32,000 bases of DNA, from NCBI RefSeq assembly GCF_000018305.1, contig NC_009954.1, positions 30,001 through 62,000 of the forward strand, in the 5' to 3' direction. This stretch comes from Caldivirga maquilingensis IC-167. GTDB taxonomy: Archaea > Thermoproteota > Thermoprotei > Thermoproteales > Thermocladiaceae. The notes below the pieces were generated by a model. That model did not search any database, was not told the origin of the DNA, and saw only the letters and a program-made list of their open reading frames with translations. Each line of letters begins with the position of its first letter. Position 1 is the first letter of the stretch. Positions 1 through 9,036 of this stretch are shown here, piece after piece. The position numbers were made by a program, and so were the translations under genes.

Positions 1-395
1 ATTAGTGATAATTGATCAACACCAGCTATGGCTATTAGTGAGTAGTAGACTAAGGATTCTATGACGAATCCGAGGGCCAGCCCGAAAACTAACCAAGCCA
101 ACTTTGCTCCAAAGGCCCTGGTTAACCATACGTAGTCTCCTCCTGTTCTTGGTATGTGTTTTGTTAGTGTTGTGTATGTTATTATTTGTGGTATTGATAG
201 TGTGAAGGCTATTATTGATGCTGCAACTAGGTTAACACCAGACACTGTGGGTAAGGAGGCTAGTGTAAAACCAACAGTACCCAAAGCAGCACCAACAGAC
301 ATATTAGCAACATTAACACTAACAGCATCAACAAAACCAGCCTCCCTAACCAAACCAGTAGAACCCCTAACAAACAAACCCTTACTATTCTCCAT
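1..395 (-). CDS. APC-superfamily amino acid/polyamine permease, N-terminal part (the gene runs off the left edge of the window)
   Basis: My reverse-complement translation from 395 down to 1 has no stop codon: MENSKGLFVRGSTGLVREAGFVDAVSVNVANMSVGAALGTVGFTLASLPTVSGVNLVAASIIAFTLSIPQIITYTTLTKHIPRTGGDYVWLTRAFGAKLAWLVFGLALGFVIESLVYYSLIAIAGVDQLSL. It shows hydrophobic helices and the P-R-x-G-G-x-Y loop typical of APC permeases. It is absent from the supplied ORF track because no stop lies inside the window. ORF 154..399(+) is its antisense shadow. Confidence 0.55.
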   Translation of the reverse strand, partial: MENSKGLFVRGSTGLVREAGFVDAVSVNVANMSVGAALGTVGFTLASLPTVSGVNLVAASIIAFTLSIPQIITYTTLTKHIPRTGGDYVWLTRAFGAKLAWLVFGLALGFVIESLVYYSLIAIAGVDQLSL

Positions 396-454
396 ATAAA
401 CCGCTGAGTAAATTGGTTTAAATAGTTTTCCTTTATTTTAAAATAAAATTAAGT

Positions 455-493
455 TAATTGATTACATGATTATCATCATCATGTAATCAATTA
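455..493. promoter_or_regulatory. Perfect 16-bp inverted repeat with a 7-nt spacer, lying between the FAD-oxidoreductase stop and the permease promoter
   Basis: TAATTGATTACATGAT (455-470), spacer tatcatc, ATCATGTAATCAATTA (478-493). I checked the arms base by base as exact reverse complements. The element contains TGATTA twice. An AT-rich TATA-like tract (431-450) lies between it and the permease ATG at 395. Confidence 0.5.
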
Positions 494-561
494 CATAAAT
501 GATAAGCACATAGCCTAGCATGAATCCCAGGATCAATAATGGGGATACCTTGATTTTTACA

Positions 562-1980
562 TTACTTCAATTTATTAAATAATTCATTTTTAACATCCTT
601 ACCAAGCTTAGTTAATATACCCCAGGCAGCAATCACACCTGTAGCTGCTGCAACATTGATTCCCCTTGATAAGCCTGCTCCATCGCCTGCGGCGAATAAG
701 CCATCAATGGTGGTTTCCATTAACTTATTCACAACAGCCCTCATGCTGTAGTACTTTATTTCAGGCGCGTAGAGTAGTGTGTACTTTGATGCTAAGCCGG
801 GCACCACGTTATCAACCTTATGTAGGAATTCCAGGAGGTTGTCAATAATCCTGTGGGGTAGCGCCATCCCTATATCCCCTGGCGTCACGAATTTAAGGGT
901 TGGCTCCACTATACTCCTCCTAATCCTATCCCACGTAGACCTCCTGCCATCCTCCAGGTCACCAAGCCTCTGGATAATTGGCCTCCCTCCACCTAGCTTA
1001 GTGGCTAATTTGGCTATGGATTTACCGTACTCAATAGTATCCTCCATTGGGTCCGTTAACCTTATTGATGTTAGTAACGCGAAGTTAGTGTTACTGCTCT
1101 TCCTATCCAGGTAGGTTTCACCGTTGACGCCGATGGTTTTATCATCGTAATTCTCCATTACCACGAAGCCACCTGGATTAACGCAGAATGTCCTAACCTT
1201 ATCGTCATGTGACTTAGTGTACATTATTACTTTAGGATCCATGTATAGTTCAGTTAAGGGATCCATAACGTATCTAGGTACCTCAACCCTAACCCCCACG
1301 TCCAGTGGATTCGGGTTAAGCTCAATACCAATCCTCCTAGCCTCATCCCTAAACCACTCTGCCCCAGCCCTACCTGGTGCAATAAGCACTGTTTTAGCCT
1401 CCAAGTCACCCCTCTTAGTCTTAAGCCTGAATAAGCCGTCACTACGCGTAATATGTTCAACAGCTGTACCCACTATTATGTTGACGCCGGCCTCCTTAAG
1501 GTATGATGTGAAGTTTTCAATAACCCTGATTGAGCCATCAGTCCCAATGTGCCTTTGCCTAATGGGTACTAATTGAGCCCCAACCTTAGCTAAGGATCTT
1601 TGATAATCCTCGAATAGTGAGCCGCTTGGTTCAAAAACCCTATCCTGCGGTGCACCGAACTTAATGAATACTTCATCAACGTAATTTATAATACTCATTG
1701 ATGCGCTCCAACTACCCACTAGTTCATGCAAGTCACCACCTATGTCTGGTCTCAGGTTTATTATACCACTGCTGAATAATCCCGCACCCCCTATACCGTG
1801 AGTTATGTGGCATGGAACACATACGCATTTACCAACCTTAGATAATGGGCAATGCCTCTGCCTAGCCATATAACCCTTATCCACTAATGCTATTCTTAAT
1901 CCATCAGCATTCCTGGTGAGTTCATACGCCGCAAATAAGCCCGCTGGTCCAGCCCCAATTATCGCTATGTCGTAAGTCAC
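562..1980 (-). CDS. FAD-dependent oxidoreductase (COG2509-like uncharacterised dehydrogenase)
   Basis: 472 aa. It has an N-terminal dinucleotide-binding motif ([15 protein letters not shown]), the motif [12 protein letters not shown], a C-terminal FAAGDGAG motif, and the Cys cluster [14 protein letters not shown]. The start codon is GTG at 1980 and overlaps the purA stop (GTGA). Confidence 0.75.
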   Translation of the reverse strand: MTYDIAIIGAGPAGLFAAYELTRNADGLRIALVDKGYMARQRHCPLSKVGKCVCVPCHITHGIGGAGLFSSGIINLRPDIGGDLHELVGSWSASMSIINYVDEVFIKFGAPQDRVFEPSGSLFEDYQRSLAKVGAQLVPIRQRHIGTDGSIRVIENFTSYLKEAGVNIIVGTAVEHITRSDGLFRLKTKRGDLEAKTVLIAPGRAGAEWFRDEARRIGIELNPNPLDVGVRVEVPRYVMDPLTELYMDPKVIMYTKSHDDKVRTFCVNPGGFVVMENYDDKTIGVNGETYLDRKSSNTNFALLTSIRLTDPMEDTIEYGKSIAKLATKLGGGRPIIQRLGDLEDGRRSTWDRIRRSIVEPTLKFVTPGDIGMALPHRIIDNLLEFLHKVDNVVPGLASKYTLLYAPEIKYYSMRAVVNKLMETTIDGLFAAGDGAGLSRGINVAAATGVIAAWGILTKLGKDVKNELFNKLK

Positions 1981-2987
1981 TGCGACTCACCCCTTAAATC
2001 AACCATGTCTAACGCATCCTCCCCCGTTCCAATTAACGTAACCGGCACACCCAACTCTTCACTAATATTGTTTATCCACTTCCTAGCCTCAGTGGGTAAT
2101 TCCCCCCACTTCCTCCTCCCCCTCGCCTCAGGGAATAATGCGTCGAGTTTAGTTATGGCTATTTGAGTGGGTTTATTCAGCATTACAGCCCTCTTAGCTA
2201 AATCAATGTTAAACGGTGCAACCCTCCTTAACCTACCGGTCACAGTACCCTTCTCAACCCAACCCCTAGCCTCCGCCTCCTCAGGCTTTAACTCACCAGG
2301 TAATTCCCCTGCACCAACCCTACTTACGAATGCCTTAAAGATTAATATAATATCACTCACACTCCTTGGGCTAACACCAACCTCACTAATAATACCTGAA
2401 GCAGTGGTGTCCCTACTTGTGACGTATGGGTACGTGCCATGGTATAGGCTTAGGAATGTTCCCTGAGTACCCTCAATAATCACAAGCCTACCCCTCTCCA
2501 GTGATTCATTAACCTCCCTTGGCACATCAATTAACATGCCCCTTAACTCCTCGAAATCCCTAGCCAACTTAAGTCTCCTAAGAACCCTATCCACCATGGC
2601 TGCCCCAACCCCCTGGCCCGTTGAACCAATAGTCTTCATTAAGTACTCATCCCTCCTTTCCGCCTCAACATGCTTATCCTCAATTATACCCGAGGAGTAG
2701 TCAACCCAAACCCTCCCCCTACTGCCTGTCTCATCAATCTCCCTCATTAAGACACTAATACTGAATAAAGCCCCTGGGGCAATCATTAACCTGGTTTCCT
2801 CATTAGGGAAGCATGAGGGTATTATCCTAACCTTCCATGTACGGTCCCTTAGATTAACCGTGTGTCCTGCATTTATTGAACCTGTCCTAACGCATATGTC
2901 GGGTTTATCAACGAGACTGAGGTATGAGATGACTTTGCCCTTACCCTCGTCACCGAAGAAACCACCCACAACTACTGTAAGAGGCAC
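1977..2987 (-). CDS. purA: Adenylosuccinate synthetase (short archaeal form)
   Basis: 336 aa. The P-loop GDEGKGK, the motif NAGHTV and the motif GSTGQGVG are present. The start is GTG at 2987, with the TATA-like element cttaaaaac (minus-strand sequence) about 25-35 nt upstream. Confidence 0.9.
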   Translation of the reverse strand: MPLTVVVGGFFGDEGKGKVISYLSLVDKPDICVRTGSINAGHTVNLRDRTWKVRIIPSCFPNEETRLMIAPGALFSISVLMREIDETGSRGRVWVDYSSGIIEDKHVEAERRDEYLMKTIGSTGQGVGAAMVDRVLRRLKLARDFEELRGMLIDVPREVNESLERGRLVIIEGTQGTFLSLYHGTYPYVTSRDTTASGIISEVGVSPRSVSDIILIFKAFVSRVGAGELPGELKPEEAEARGWVEKGTVTGRLRRVAPFNIDLAKRAVMLNKPTQIAITKLDALFPEARGRRKWGELPTEARKWINNISEELGVPVTLIGTGEDALDMVDLRGESQ

Positions 2988-3051
2988 TTTTTAATTAAAT
3001 AATGCAGCATGTTTTTAAGTTTTTCGTTTAATAATTAACACATTATTGAGT

Positions 3052-3069
3052 TAATCAATTAAATGATTA
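3052..3069. promoter_or_regulatory. 18-bp near-palindrome TAATCAaTTAAaTGATTA in the divergent purA/purB promoter region
   Basis: 16 of 18 positions are self-complementary. It lies immediately upstream of the purB TATA-like element (3074-3084). Its reverse complement contains AATTGATTA. Confidence 0.4.
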
Positions 3070-3103
3070 GGAGGATTTATTAACCCCAATTAGATTAACT
3101 TAA

Positions 3104-4516
3104 GTGGACATACTAAGCCCCCTTGATGCCAGGTATAGAAATGAATTAAAGGGTTACCATGAGGTAGCCTCAGAGGATGCCTTCATAATGTACCGCGCCA
3201 AGGTTGAGTTACTTTACCTTGAATTCCTCATAGATAAATTATCAAAACTAGGCCTAGTGAAACCCATTAATGATGAAGAGAAGCGGAGGCTAAGGGGGAT
3301 TAGGTTAAGTAGTGGTGATGTTAATGAGGTTAGGAGACTTGAGGATGAACTAGGGCATGATGTTAAGGCACTTGAGTACGTGTTGAGAGGCAGGTTAAAG
3401 GCCATTGGCCTTGAGGATTACGCCCACTTAATACACTTAGGGTTAACCTCAGAGGATGTTAATAATTTAGCAATGGGGATAATGATTAAGAGAATACTTT
3501 ACGAATACTTGATACCAAGCCTAGTGGATTTAGGTAAGGTACTCGTTAACTTAAGCAATAAGTACGCTGACACCCCCATGCTTGCCAGGACCCATGGTCA
3601 ACCAGCCACACCAACAACCTTCGGTAAGGAAATAGCCTACCACTCCCATAGATTATGCTCATGGATAAGCACCTTAATCAACCTTAAGATTAATGGTAAG
3701 GTAGCTGGGGCAAGTGGTTCAATGGCTAGCTTCACCATGATTGCTCAATTGGATTGGCCTAGGGAATTAATGAACTTCGTATCATCACTCGGCCTTGAAC
3801 CCACACCAGTGGCGACTCAAATCCTCCCCCCAGATAATTTAAATCATATTATTGCAGCAGTGGGTTTAACATCATATTCATTAATTAACCTGGCTCAAGA
3901 CATGTGGATGTACTCAATGCTTGGTTACATTAAGTTTAAGGGAAGGGTAATTGGGTCATCCACAATGCCTCATAAGGTTAATCCAGTAGACCTTGAGAAT
4001 GCTGAGGGTAATTTAAAGCTGGGGGCCTCAATGCTCATGGAGATTTCTAAAATCCTGCAATCAAGCAGGTTACAGAGGGATTTAAGTGATTCAACGATTA
4101 AGAGGAATCTTGGGTTAGCCATGGGTTACGTGGTGCTTGGATCAAGGAGACTTAGGAAGTTCATGGAGGGTATTGAGGTTAATGAGGAGGCCTTAACCAA
4201 TGATTTAAATAATCATTGGGAAGTCTTAAGTGAGGCTGTTCAAGTTAGGTTAAGGGTACTTGGCCAGGCTAATGCCTATGAGAAGTCGCTGAAACTCTTT
4301 AGAGTGCCGAGAATGAGCATGAGTGATTACATTAATGCGATTAAGGAGTTAGGCGTTAACGATGAGTTGCTGTTGAATTTAAGGCCGAGCAACTACATAG
4401 GTTATGCTAGTGTGATTGCGAGGAATATTGCTGAATCATGCACTCAACTACTTAATAAGGCTGAGGATACTTGCATTAAGGAGAGTGAGGCCATGAGTGC
4501 GCTTGGGTTTAAGTGA
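3104..4516 (+). CDS. purB: Adenylosuccinate lyase
   Basis: 470 aa. The fumarate-lyase signature GSSTMPHKVNPVDLENAEGN and the motif HLGLTSEDVNN are present. The start is GTG at 3104, with the TATA-like element gatttattaac at 3074-3084. Confidence 0.9.
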   Translation: MDILSPLDARYRNELKGYHEVASEDAFIMYRAKVELLYLEFLIDKLSKLGLVKPINDEEKRRLRGIRLSSGDVNEVRRLEDELGHDVKALEYVLRGRLKAIGLEDYAHLIHLGLTSEDVNNLAMGIMIKRILYEYLIPSLVDLGKVLVNLSNKYADTPMLARTHGQPATPTTFGKEIAYHSHRLCSWISTLINLKINGKVAGASGSMASFTMIAQLDWPRELMNFVSSLGLEPTPVATQILPPDNLNHIIAAVGLTSYSLINLAQDMWMYSMLGYIKFKGRVIGSSTMPHKVNPVDLENAEGNLKLGASMLMEISKILQSSRLQRDLSDSTIKRNLGLAMGYVVLGSRRLRKFMEGIEVNEEALTNDLNNHWEVLSEAVQVRLRVLGQANAYEKSLKLFRVPRMSMSDYINAIKELGVNDELLLNLRPSNYIGYASVIARNIAESCTQLLNKAEDTCIKESEAMSALGFK

Positions 4517-4576
4517 GTCTTCAATTTAATTAATTGATTAAACGTTAACTAGCCTTTGCGAAATATTTAAAAGGTA

Positions 4577-4594
4577 AATTGATTAGTATGATTA
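4577..4594 (+). promoter_or_regulatory. Tandem TGATTA element (AATTGATTAgtaTGATTA) between the purP TATA box and the ATG
   Basis: It lies between the TATA box (4563-4572) and the ATG (4596), in a position where a repressor would block initiation. It closely matches AATTGATTAcaTGATTA at 456-472. A further AATTGATTA lies at 4532-4540. Confidence 0.4.
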
Positions 4595-4595
4595 C

Positions 4596-5645
4596 ATGGT
4601 AACTATAGCCGTACTGGCAAGCCACTCAGCATTAGACGTACTGGATGGTGCAAAGGATGAGGGCTTCAACACAATAGCGGTAGCCAAGAGGGGTAGGGAT
4701 TTACCTTACCGTGAATTCCCAGTGGTGGATAAGTTGATTCTCGTCGATGATTTCAAGGAGTTGATCAGTGACCGTGTAATTAATGAGTTGAGGAACAGTG
4801 AAGCCGTCTTCATACCCAATAGATCCTTTGCAGTGTACGTAGGTTACGATAATATTGAGGATAAATTCCCAATACCAATATTCGGTAATAGGAGGCTACT
4901 CAGGTGGGAGGAGAGGACTGGTCCATGTAATTACTATAAGTTACTTGACCATGCTGGGATTAGGAGACCAAGAACCTTCAATAGTATTGATGAGGTTGAT
5001 AGACCCGTTATAGTTAAGCTCCCTGAAGCTGCTAGGAGGGTTGAGAGGGGGTTCTTTATAGCTAGGGATAGGGATGACGCCTTAAGGAAGGTTAAGGAAT
5101 TAGCTGATAAAGGTATCATAAGGTTAAGTGACTTGGATAATGCATCAATAGAGGAGTTAGTTATTGGCGCCCATTTCAACGCCAATTACTTCCACTCTAA
5201 GGTAAGGGGAAGGCTTGAGTTACATAGTTTCGATAGAAGGATTCAATCAAACCTAGATGGCGTCTACAGGATACCGGCTCAGGATCAAATTGGGCTTAAC
5301 ATTGATGTTAGGTACATTGAGGTTGGGCATGAACCAGCAACCATAAGGGAGAGCCTACTTGAGAAGGTTTTTGAAATTGGGCATAGGTTCGTTAAGGCAA
5401 CTGAGGAAATGGTACCACCCGGGGTTATAGGGCCGTTTACCCTTCAATTCATGGTAACCCCTGAATTAGACCTGGTGGTTTATGATGTCGCACCCAGAAT
5501 AGGCGGTGGCACTAATGCTTACCTGGGTATTGGCGGGCAATACAGTAAACTCTACTTCGGTAAACCCATATCAATAGGTAGGAGAATAGCCATTGAGGTT
5601 AAGGAGGCTGTAGCCAATAGCATGCTTGAGAAGGTGACCACATGA
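4596..5645 (+). CDS. purP: 5-formaminoimidazole-4-carboxamide ribonucleotide (FAICAR) synthetase PurP, paralog 1
   Basis: 349 aa with strong by-eye similarity to archaeal PurP (ATP-grasp): [42 protein letters not shown] box (atatttaaaa) lies at 4563-4572, about 25 nt upstream of the ATG. Confidence 0.85.
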   Translation: MVTIAVLASHSALDVLDGAKDEGFNTIAVAKRGRDLPYREFPVVDKLILVDDFKELISDRVINELRNSEAVFIPNRSFAVYVGYDNIEDKFPIPIFGNRRLLRWEERTGPCNYYKLLDHAGIRRPRTFNSIDEVDRPVIVKLPEAARRVERGFFIARDRDDALRKVKELADKGIIRLSDLDNASIEELVIGAHFNANYFHSKVRGRLELHSFDRRIQSNLDGVYRIPAQDQIGLNIDVRYIEVGHEPATIRESLLEKVFEIGHRFVKATEEMVPPGVIGPFTLQFMVTPELDLVVYDVAPRIGGGTNAYLGIGGQYSKLYFGKPISIGRRIAIEVKEAVANSMLEKVTT

Positions 5646-6655
5646 ATATTGAGGCTACTTTAAAGAACTATGACTTAAGTAAATTAAACGTAGTCACAAT
5701 AGCCAGTCACTCATCGCTCCAAATATTGAGGGGGGCTAAGAGGCATGGGTTAGGTACCGTGGCTGTGGCTAAGCCTGGGTCGGGTTGGTTTTACAGGCGT
5801 TTTAACTTCATAGATAATGTTATTGAAATTGATTTAGGCAGTATGGAGCAACTTGCAGGTGACTTGGTTAAGAATAATGCAATACTCATACCCCACGGTA
5901 GCTACGTGGAGTACGTTGGGTGGAGGAGGGCATTAAGCATGCCTATTCCAACCTTCGGTAACAGGTACATTATTGAATGGGAGGCTGATCAGAGGAAGAA
6001 GATGAGGCTACTGGAGTATGCTGGAATACCCATACCTAGGTCATTTAATGACCCGACCCAAGTCGATAGGCCTGTTATAGTTAAGTTATCTGGTGCAAAG
6101 GGTGGTAGGGGTTACTTCATAGCTAAGGATGCCGGTGAACTTGCAGGTAAATTAAGCAGTATTAATACGGATGATTACATAATACAGGAGTACGTGATTG
6201 GTGTACCAGCCTACTACCACTACTTCGACTCTAAGGTATATGATCGTGTTGAATTGTTTGGAATGGATTTAAGGTATGAGAGTAACGTTGACGGTAGATT
6301 ATTCAACCTAGCTGAACCAACCTTCGTAGTTACTGGTAATATTCCACTGGTTCTAAGGGAGTCCCTACTACCCACGGTTCAGAAGTATGGTGAAGACTTC
6401 TCAAGGGCTGTTGCGGAATTAGTGCCACCGGGTATGATAGGGCCGTATAGCTTAGAGTCAATAATTAAGGATGACTTATCAATAGTGGTTTTCGAATTCT
6501 CAGGTAGGATTGTTGCAGGTACGAACGTATACATGGGTGTAGGTAGCCCATACTCAGTACTGTACTTTAATGAACCAATGGACATGGGGGAGAGGATAGC
6601 CCATGAGATAGTGAATGCTGTTAAAAGAGGTAAATTAATCAATGTATTAACATAG
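5642..6655 (+). CDS. purP: FAICAR synthetase PurP, paralog 2
   Basis: 337 aa with PurP motifs: [58 protein letters not shown]. The start overlaps the stop of paralog 1 (ATGA). Confidence 0.85.
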   Translation: MNIEATLKNYDLSKLNVVTIASHSSLQILRGAKRHGLGTVAVAKPGSGWFYRRFNFIDNVIEIDLGSMEQLAGDLVKNNAILIPHGSYVEYVGWRRALSMPIPTFGNRYIIEWEADQRKKMRLLEYAGIPIPRSFNDPTQVDRPVIVKLSGAKGGRGYFIAKDAGELAGKLSSINTDDYIIQEYVIGVPAYYHYFDSKVYDRVELFGMDLRYESNVDGRLFNLAEPTFVVTGNIPLVLRESLLPTVQKYGEDFSRAVAELVPPGMIGPYSLESIIKDDLSIVVFEFSGRIVAGTNVYMGVGSPYSVLYFNEPMDMGERIAHEIVNAVKRGKLINVLT

Positions 6656-6681
6656 TCAGCAGCGGCATTCATCCTCATTAA

Positions 6682-6822
6682 TCAGTGGGCTCTAGAATCA
6701 TCACGCTTAAGGCCCCTTAACTCACATTTATTAAATTTCCCAGCATCAAGTAATGCACTGAAAGCCCATGCAGTGGTGAAATCCATGTAATGCATCATCA
6801 GTATGGTTAAAGCCGGCAGCAT
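6682..6822 (-). CDS. Possible small hydrophobic protein (46 aa, one predicted TM helix). Speculative.
   Basis: This is the inner ATG (6822) of the 71-aa ORF 6682..6897, whose own start is TTG. The AT-rich stretch ttaataataattaa at 6848-6861 lies 25-40 nt upstream and could be a TATA box. There is no recognisable family, and it may not be a real gene. Confidence 0.2.
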   Translation of the reverse strand: MLPALTILMMHYMDFTTAWAFSALLDAGKFNKCELRGLKRDDSRAH

Positions 6823-6929
6823 TGCAGCCGTGGTTAGGCTTAATGCCTTAATAATAATTAATGCGTTACTTAATGTTGATACACCTGCGTGGAGCAAATC
6901 TTAAATTAATGAGCTTAAGGGGGACTCTT

Positions 6930-7445
6930 ATGCCCATCATCAGCTTCAATGGTAAGGCACCTAGGATTGGTAAGGGTGTCTTCATAGCTAACACAGCGTA
7001 CGTTATTGGTGATGTGGATATTGGTGATGAGGTTAGCCTATGGCCTTACGCCGTTGTTAGGGGTGATGAGGACTCTATTTCAATAAGTAGGTTCAGTAAT
7101 CTGCAGGATCATGCAGTGGTTCACACTGATAAGGGGATTAAGACAATTATAGGTGAGGGGGTTACTGTTGGGCATAGGGCAATAATCCACGGGGCTAGAG
7201 TCGGTGACTACGTGCTTGTGGGTATGGGGGCTATACTGCTTAATAATGCTGAGATTGGGGAATACTCAATAATAGGCGCTGGCGCCGTGGTCACTGAGGG
7301 CACTAGGATACCGCCTAGGAGTGTGGCTGTGGGTGTACCGGCAAGGGTTATTAGGAGCGTTACTGATGATGATGTACGTAGGATAATTGAGAATTATAAG
7401 GCTTACTTAGAATTAGCTAAGCTTTATGGTGGTAATAGCCTATAG
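6930..7445 (+). CDS. Gamma-class carbonic anhydrase-like / left-handed beta-helix (hexapeptide repeat) protein
   Basis: Hexapeptide repeats are present, together with the three His positions of the gamma-CA family (QDHAVVH, VGHRAIIHG). I prefer the ATG at 6930 (MPIISFNGKAP...) because the TATA-like element cttaaattaa at 6899-6908 sits about 25 nt upstream. The longer ORF from 6861 would start upstream of that promoter. Confidence 0.85.
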   Translation: MPIISFNGKAPRIGKGVFIANTAYVIGDVDIGDEVSLWPYAVVRGDEDSISISRFSNLQDHAVVHTDKGIKTIIGEGVTVGHRAIIHGARVGDYVLVGMGAILLNNAEIGEYSIIGAGAVVTEGTRIPPRSVAVGVPARVIRSVTDDDVRRIIENYKAYLELAKLYGGNSL

Positions 7446-7467
7446 TTATTAAAAACACCTTCCACGG

Positions 7468-9036
7468 TTACTTAATTCCACTGCCCTCATTAACCCGCTT
7501 CATTAAGGCTAATCCCACATACTTCTCGTATGCTTTAATATTCTTAAGTGAGTCAACGTAAATAATGAAGCACTCACCACTGCACTTAATGAACTTAACC
7601 AAATCCCTATACTTATCCTCCACCAGTATTACTGAGTCCCTTATCTCATATTTAATCGGCCTTGGTTTAACATTCACACGTACCGTTTGGGAGAAGGGGT
7701 ATACGTCGCTTAATTCAATTGGGATTAAGCCGTAGACCTCATTATATGTGAAAACCCTTACACCCAACCTAGTAACTTCATTGGCTATTTGAGTCCTTAT
7801 GAAGGGTTCCTCATAGTCACCAATAATAATGAGGACATTGGTTAAAACACCCATACCCTTAATCAACCTCCTTAATCTACGCCTAGCCCACTGAACCTCA
7901 GGTCTCGCTAAGTCACTATTATCCAGAATACTCAACTGCGTTGCATTAACCTTAAGCCCACTGGCTAATTTAATGGTTAGTTTACGGAATAGTGAACTAT
8001 TACTTAAGGTTAAGTAAGCCCTATAAACCGATGGATGCTGCCTAGCCTTCTGAGCCACGTAGCTCCAGATATCATGCTCCTTAATCCTCTGCTTAATCTC
8101 CATTAACTCCCTTGACAGTGTCCACAGGTTATGCTGGGCAATTAACCTAATCCTCTCCTCCTTACTCATCTCCATTAACTCCCCAGCCCTCTTACCGCAG
8201 CCATCAAGGACGTAATCCTTATCCAATTCACTTAACCTAACAGTCCTACTGCTTAATATTATTCTATCATCATTGGCGTAAAGCATGTATGAGGCTGAGT
8301 CGAATAAATCAATACCTAAGGCGACCGCTAGGGGTAGTATTAATGGGTGGCCGACACCGAATAAGTGTACTGGTTTACCGGGTGGTATTATTGACTTAAC
8401 CGTGAGTATCATTTTAATTATGCCTGTGAAATTATAAGCCTGAAGCAGTGTAGTGGGGCTACCTATTGCATATATGTCGAAGGGTAATTCAGAAACCATC
8501 CTAGCTGAGTAGGCCAGTAAATCCCTATAAACACCCCCCTGGGTTGGTCCAACTATAAGCATTCTATGTTCAGGATCCAGCTCCTTAAGTTGAAGTATAG
8601 CCCTCCTGGCCCTCCTAATGGTTTCATTAACCTCAACCTCCACAAGCTCCCTTGGCCTAGGGTAACTGGTTGGTATATCCAGTATAACGCCTATATCACT
8701 ACCTATTTCAACCTGGTACCTTAAGGCCTCATCAGGACTCACCTCAATGTTACCGTACTGGAGTATTTGATATGCGCCTGAATCAGTCATTAATGGGCCA
8801 TCCCAGCCTATGATTTCATGAAGCCCAACCTCCCTGGCGGCGTCACCGTAGGTTTTCCTTATAATGTAGGCGTTGGTTATGATTTGATTGAAACCAAGCT
8901 CCTTAATCCTACTTAAATCAACGTACTGCTTACTTGGGTTTATTACAGGGAATAATGCAGGAGTCTCTATTACACCATGCCTAGTGTACAGTTTACCAAT
9001 CCTAGCTATCTCATCCTTCTCTATTACCTCAAACAT
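7468..9036 (-). CDS. tgtA: Archaeosine tRNA-guanine(15) transglycosylase (ArcTGT), form without a PUA domain
   Basis: 522 aa. The N-terminus (ARIGKLYTRHGVIETPALFPVINP), the catalytic Asp contexts (LMTDSGAYQ and GIDLFDSASY) and the motif ERIRLIAQHNLW match the ArcTGT family. No PUA domain is visible at the C-terminus. Confidence 0.85.
   Translation of the reverse strand: MFEVIEKDEIARIGKLYTRHGVIETPALFPVINPSKQYVDLSRIKELGFNQIITNAYIIRKTYGDAAREVGLHEIIGWDGPLMTDSGAYQILQYGNIEVSPDEALRYQVEIGSDIGVILDIPTSYPRPRELVEVEVNETIRRARRAILQLKELDPEHRMLIVGPTQGGVYRDLLAYSARMVSELPFDIYAIGSPTTLLQAYNFTGIIKMILTVKSIIPPGKPVHLFGVGHPLILPLAVALGIDLFDSASYMLYANDDRIILSSRTVRLSELDKDYVLDGCGKRAGELMEMSKEERIRLIAQHNLWTLSRELMEIKQRIKEHDIWSYVAQKARQHPSVYRAYLTLSNSSLFRKLTIKLASGLKVNATQLSILDNSDLARPEVQWARRRLRRLIKGMGVLTNVLIIIGDYEEPFIRTQIANEVTRLGVRVFTYNEVYGLIPIELSDVYPFSQTVRVNVKPRPIKYEIRDSVILVEDKYRDLVKFIKCSGECFIIYVDSLKNIKAYEKYVGLALMKRVNEGSGIK

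Noticed and set aside
154-399. 81-aa plus-strand ORF in the track
   Set aside because: It lies exactly antisense to the stop-free minus-strand reading frame that encodes a convincing APC-permease N-terminus. Its low-complexity T/A/P/K-rich translation is typical of a shadow ORF.
6861-6929. N-terminal 23-residue extension of the gamma-CA-like ORF
   Set aside because: The extension would begin upstream of the TATA-like element at 6899-6908. The family normally starts close to the MPIISF... position.
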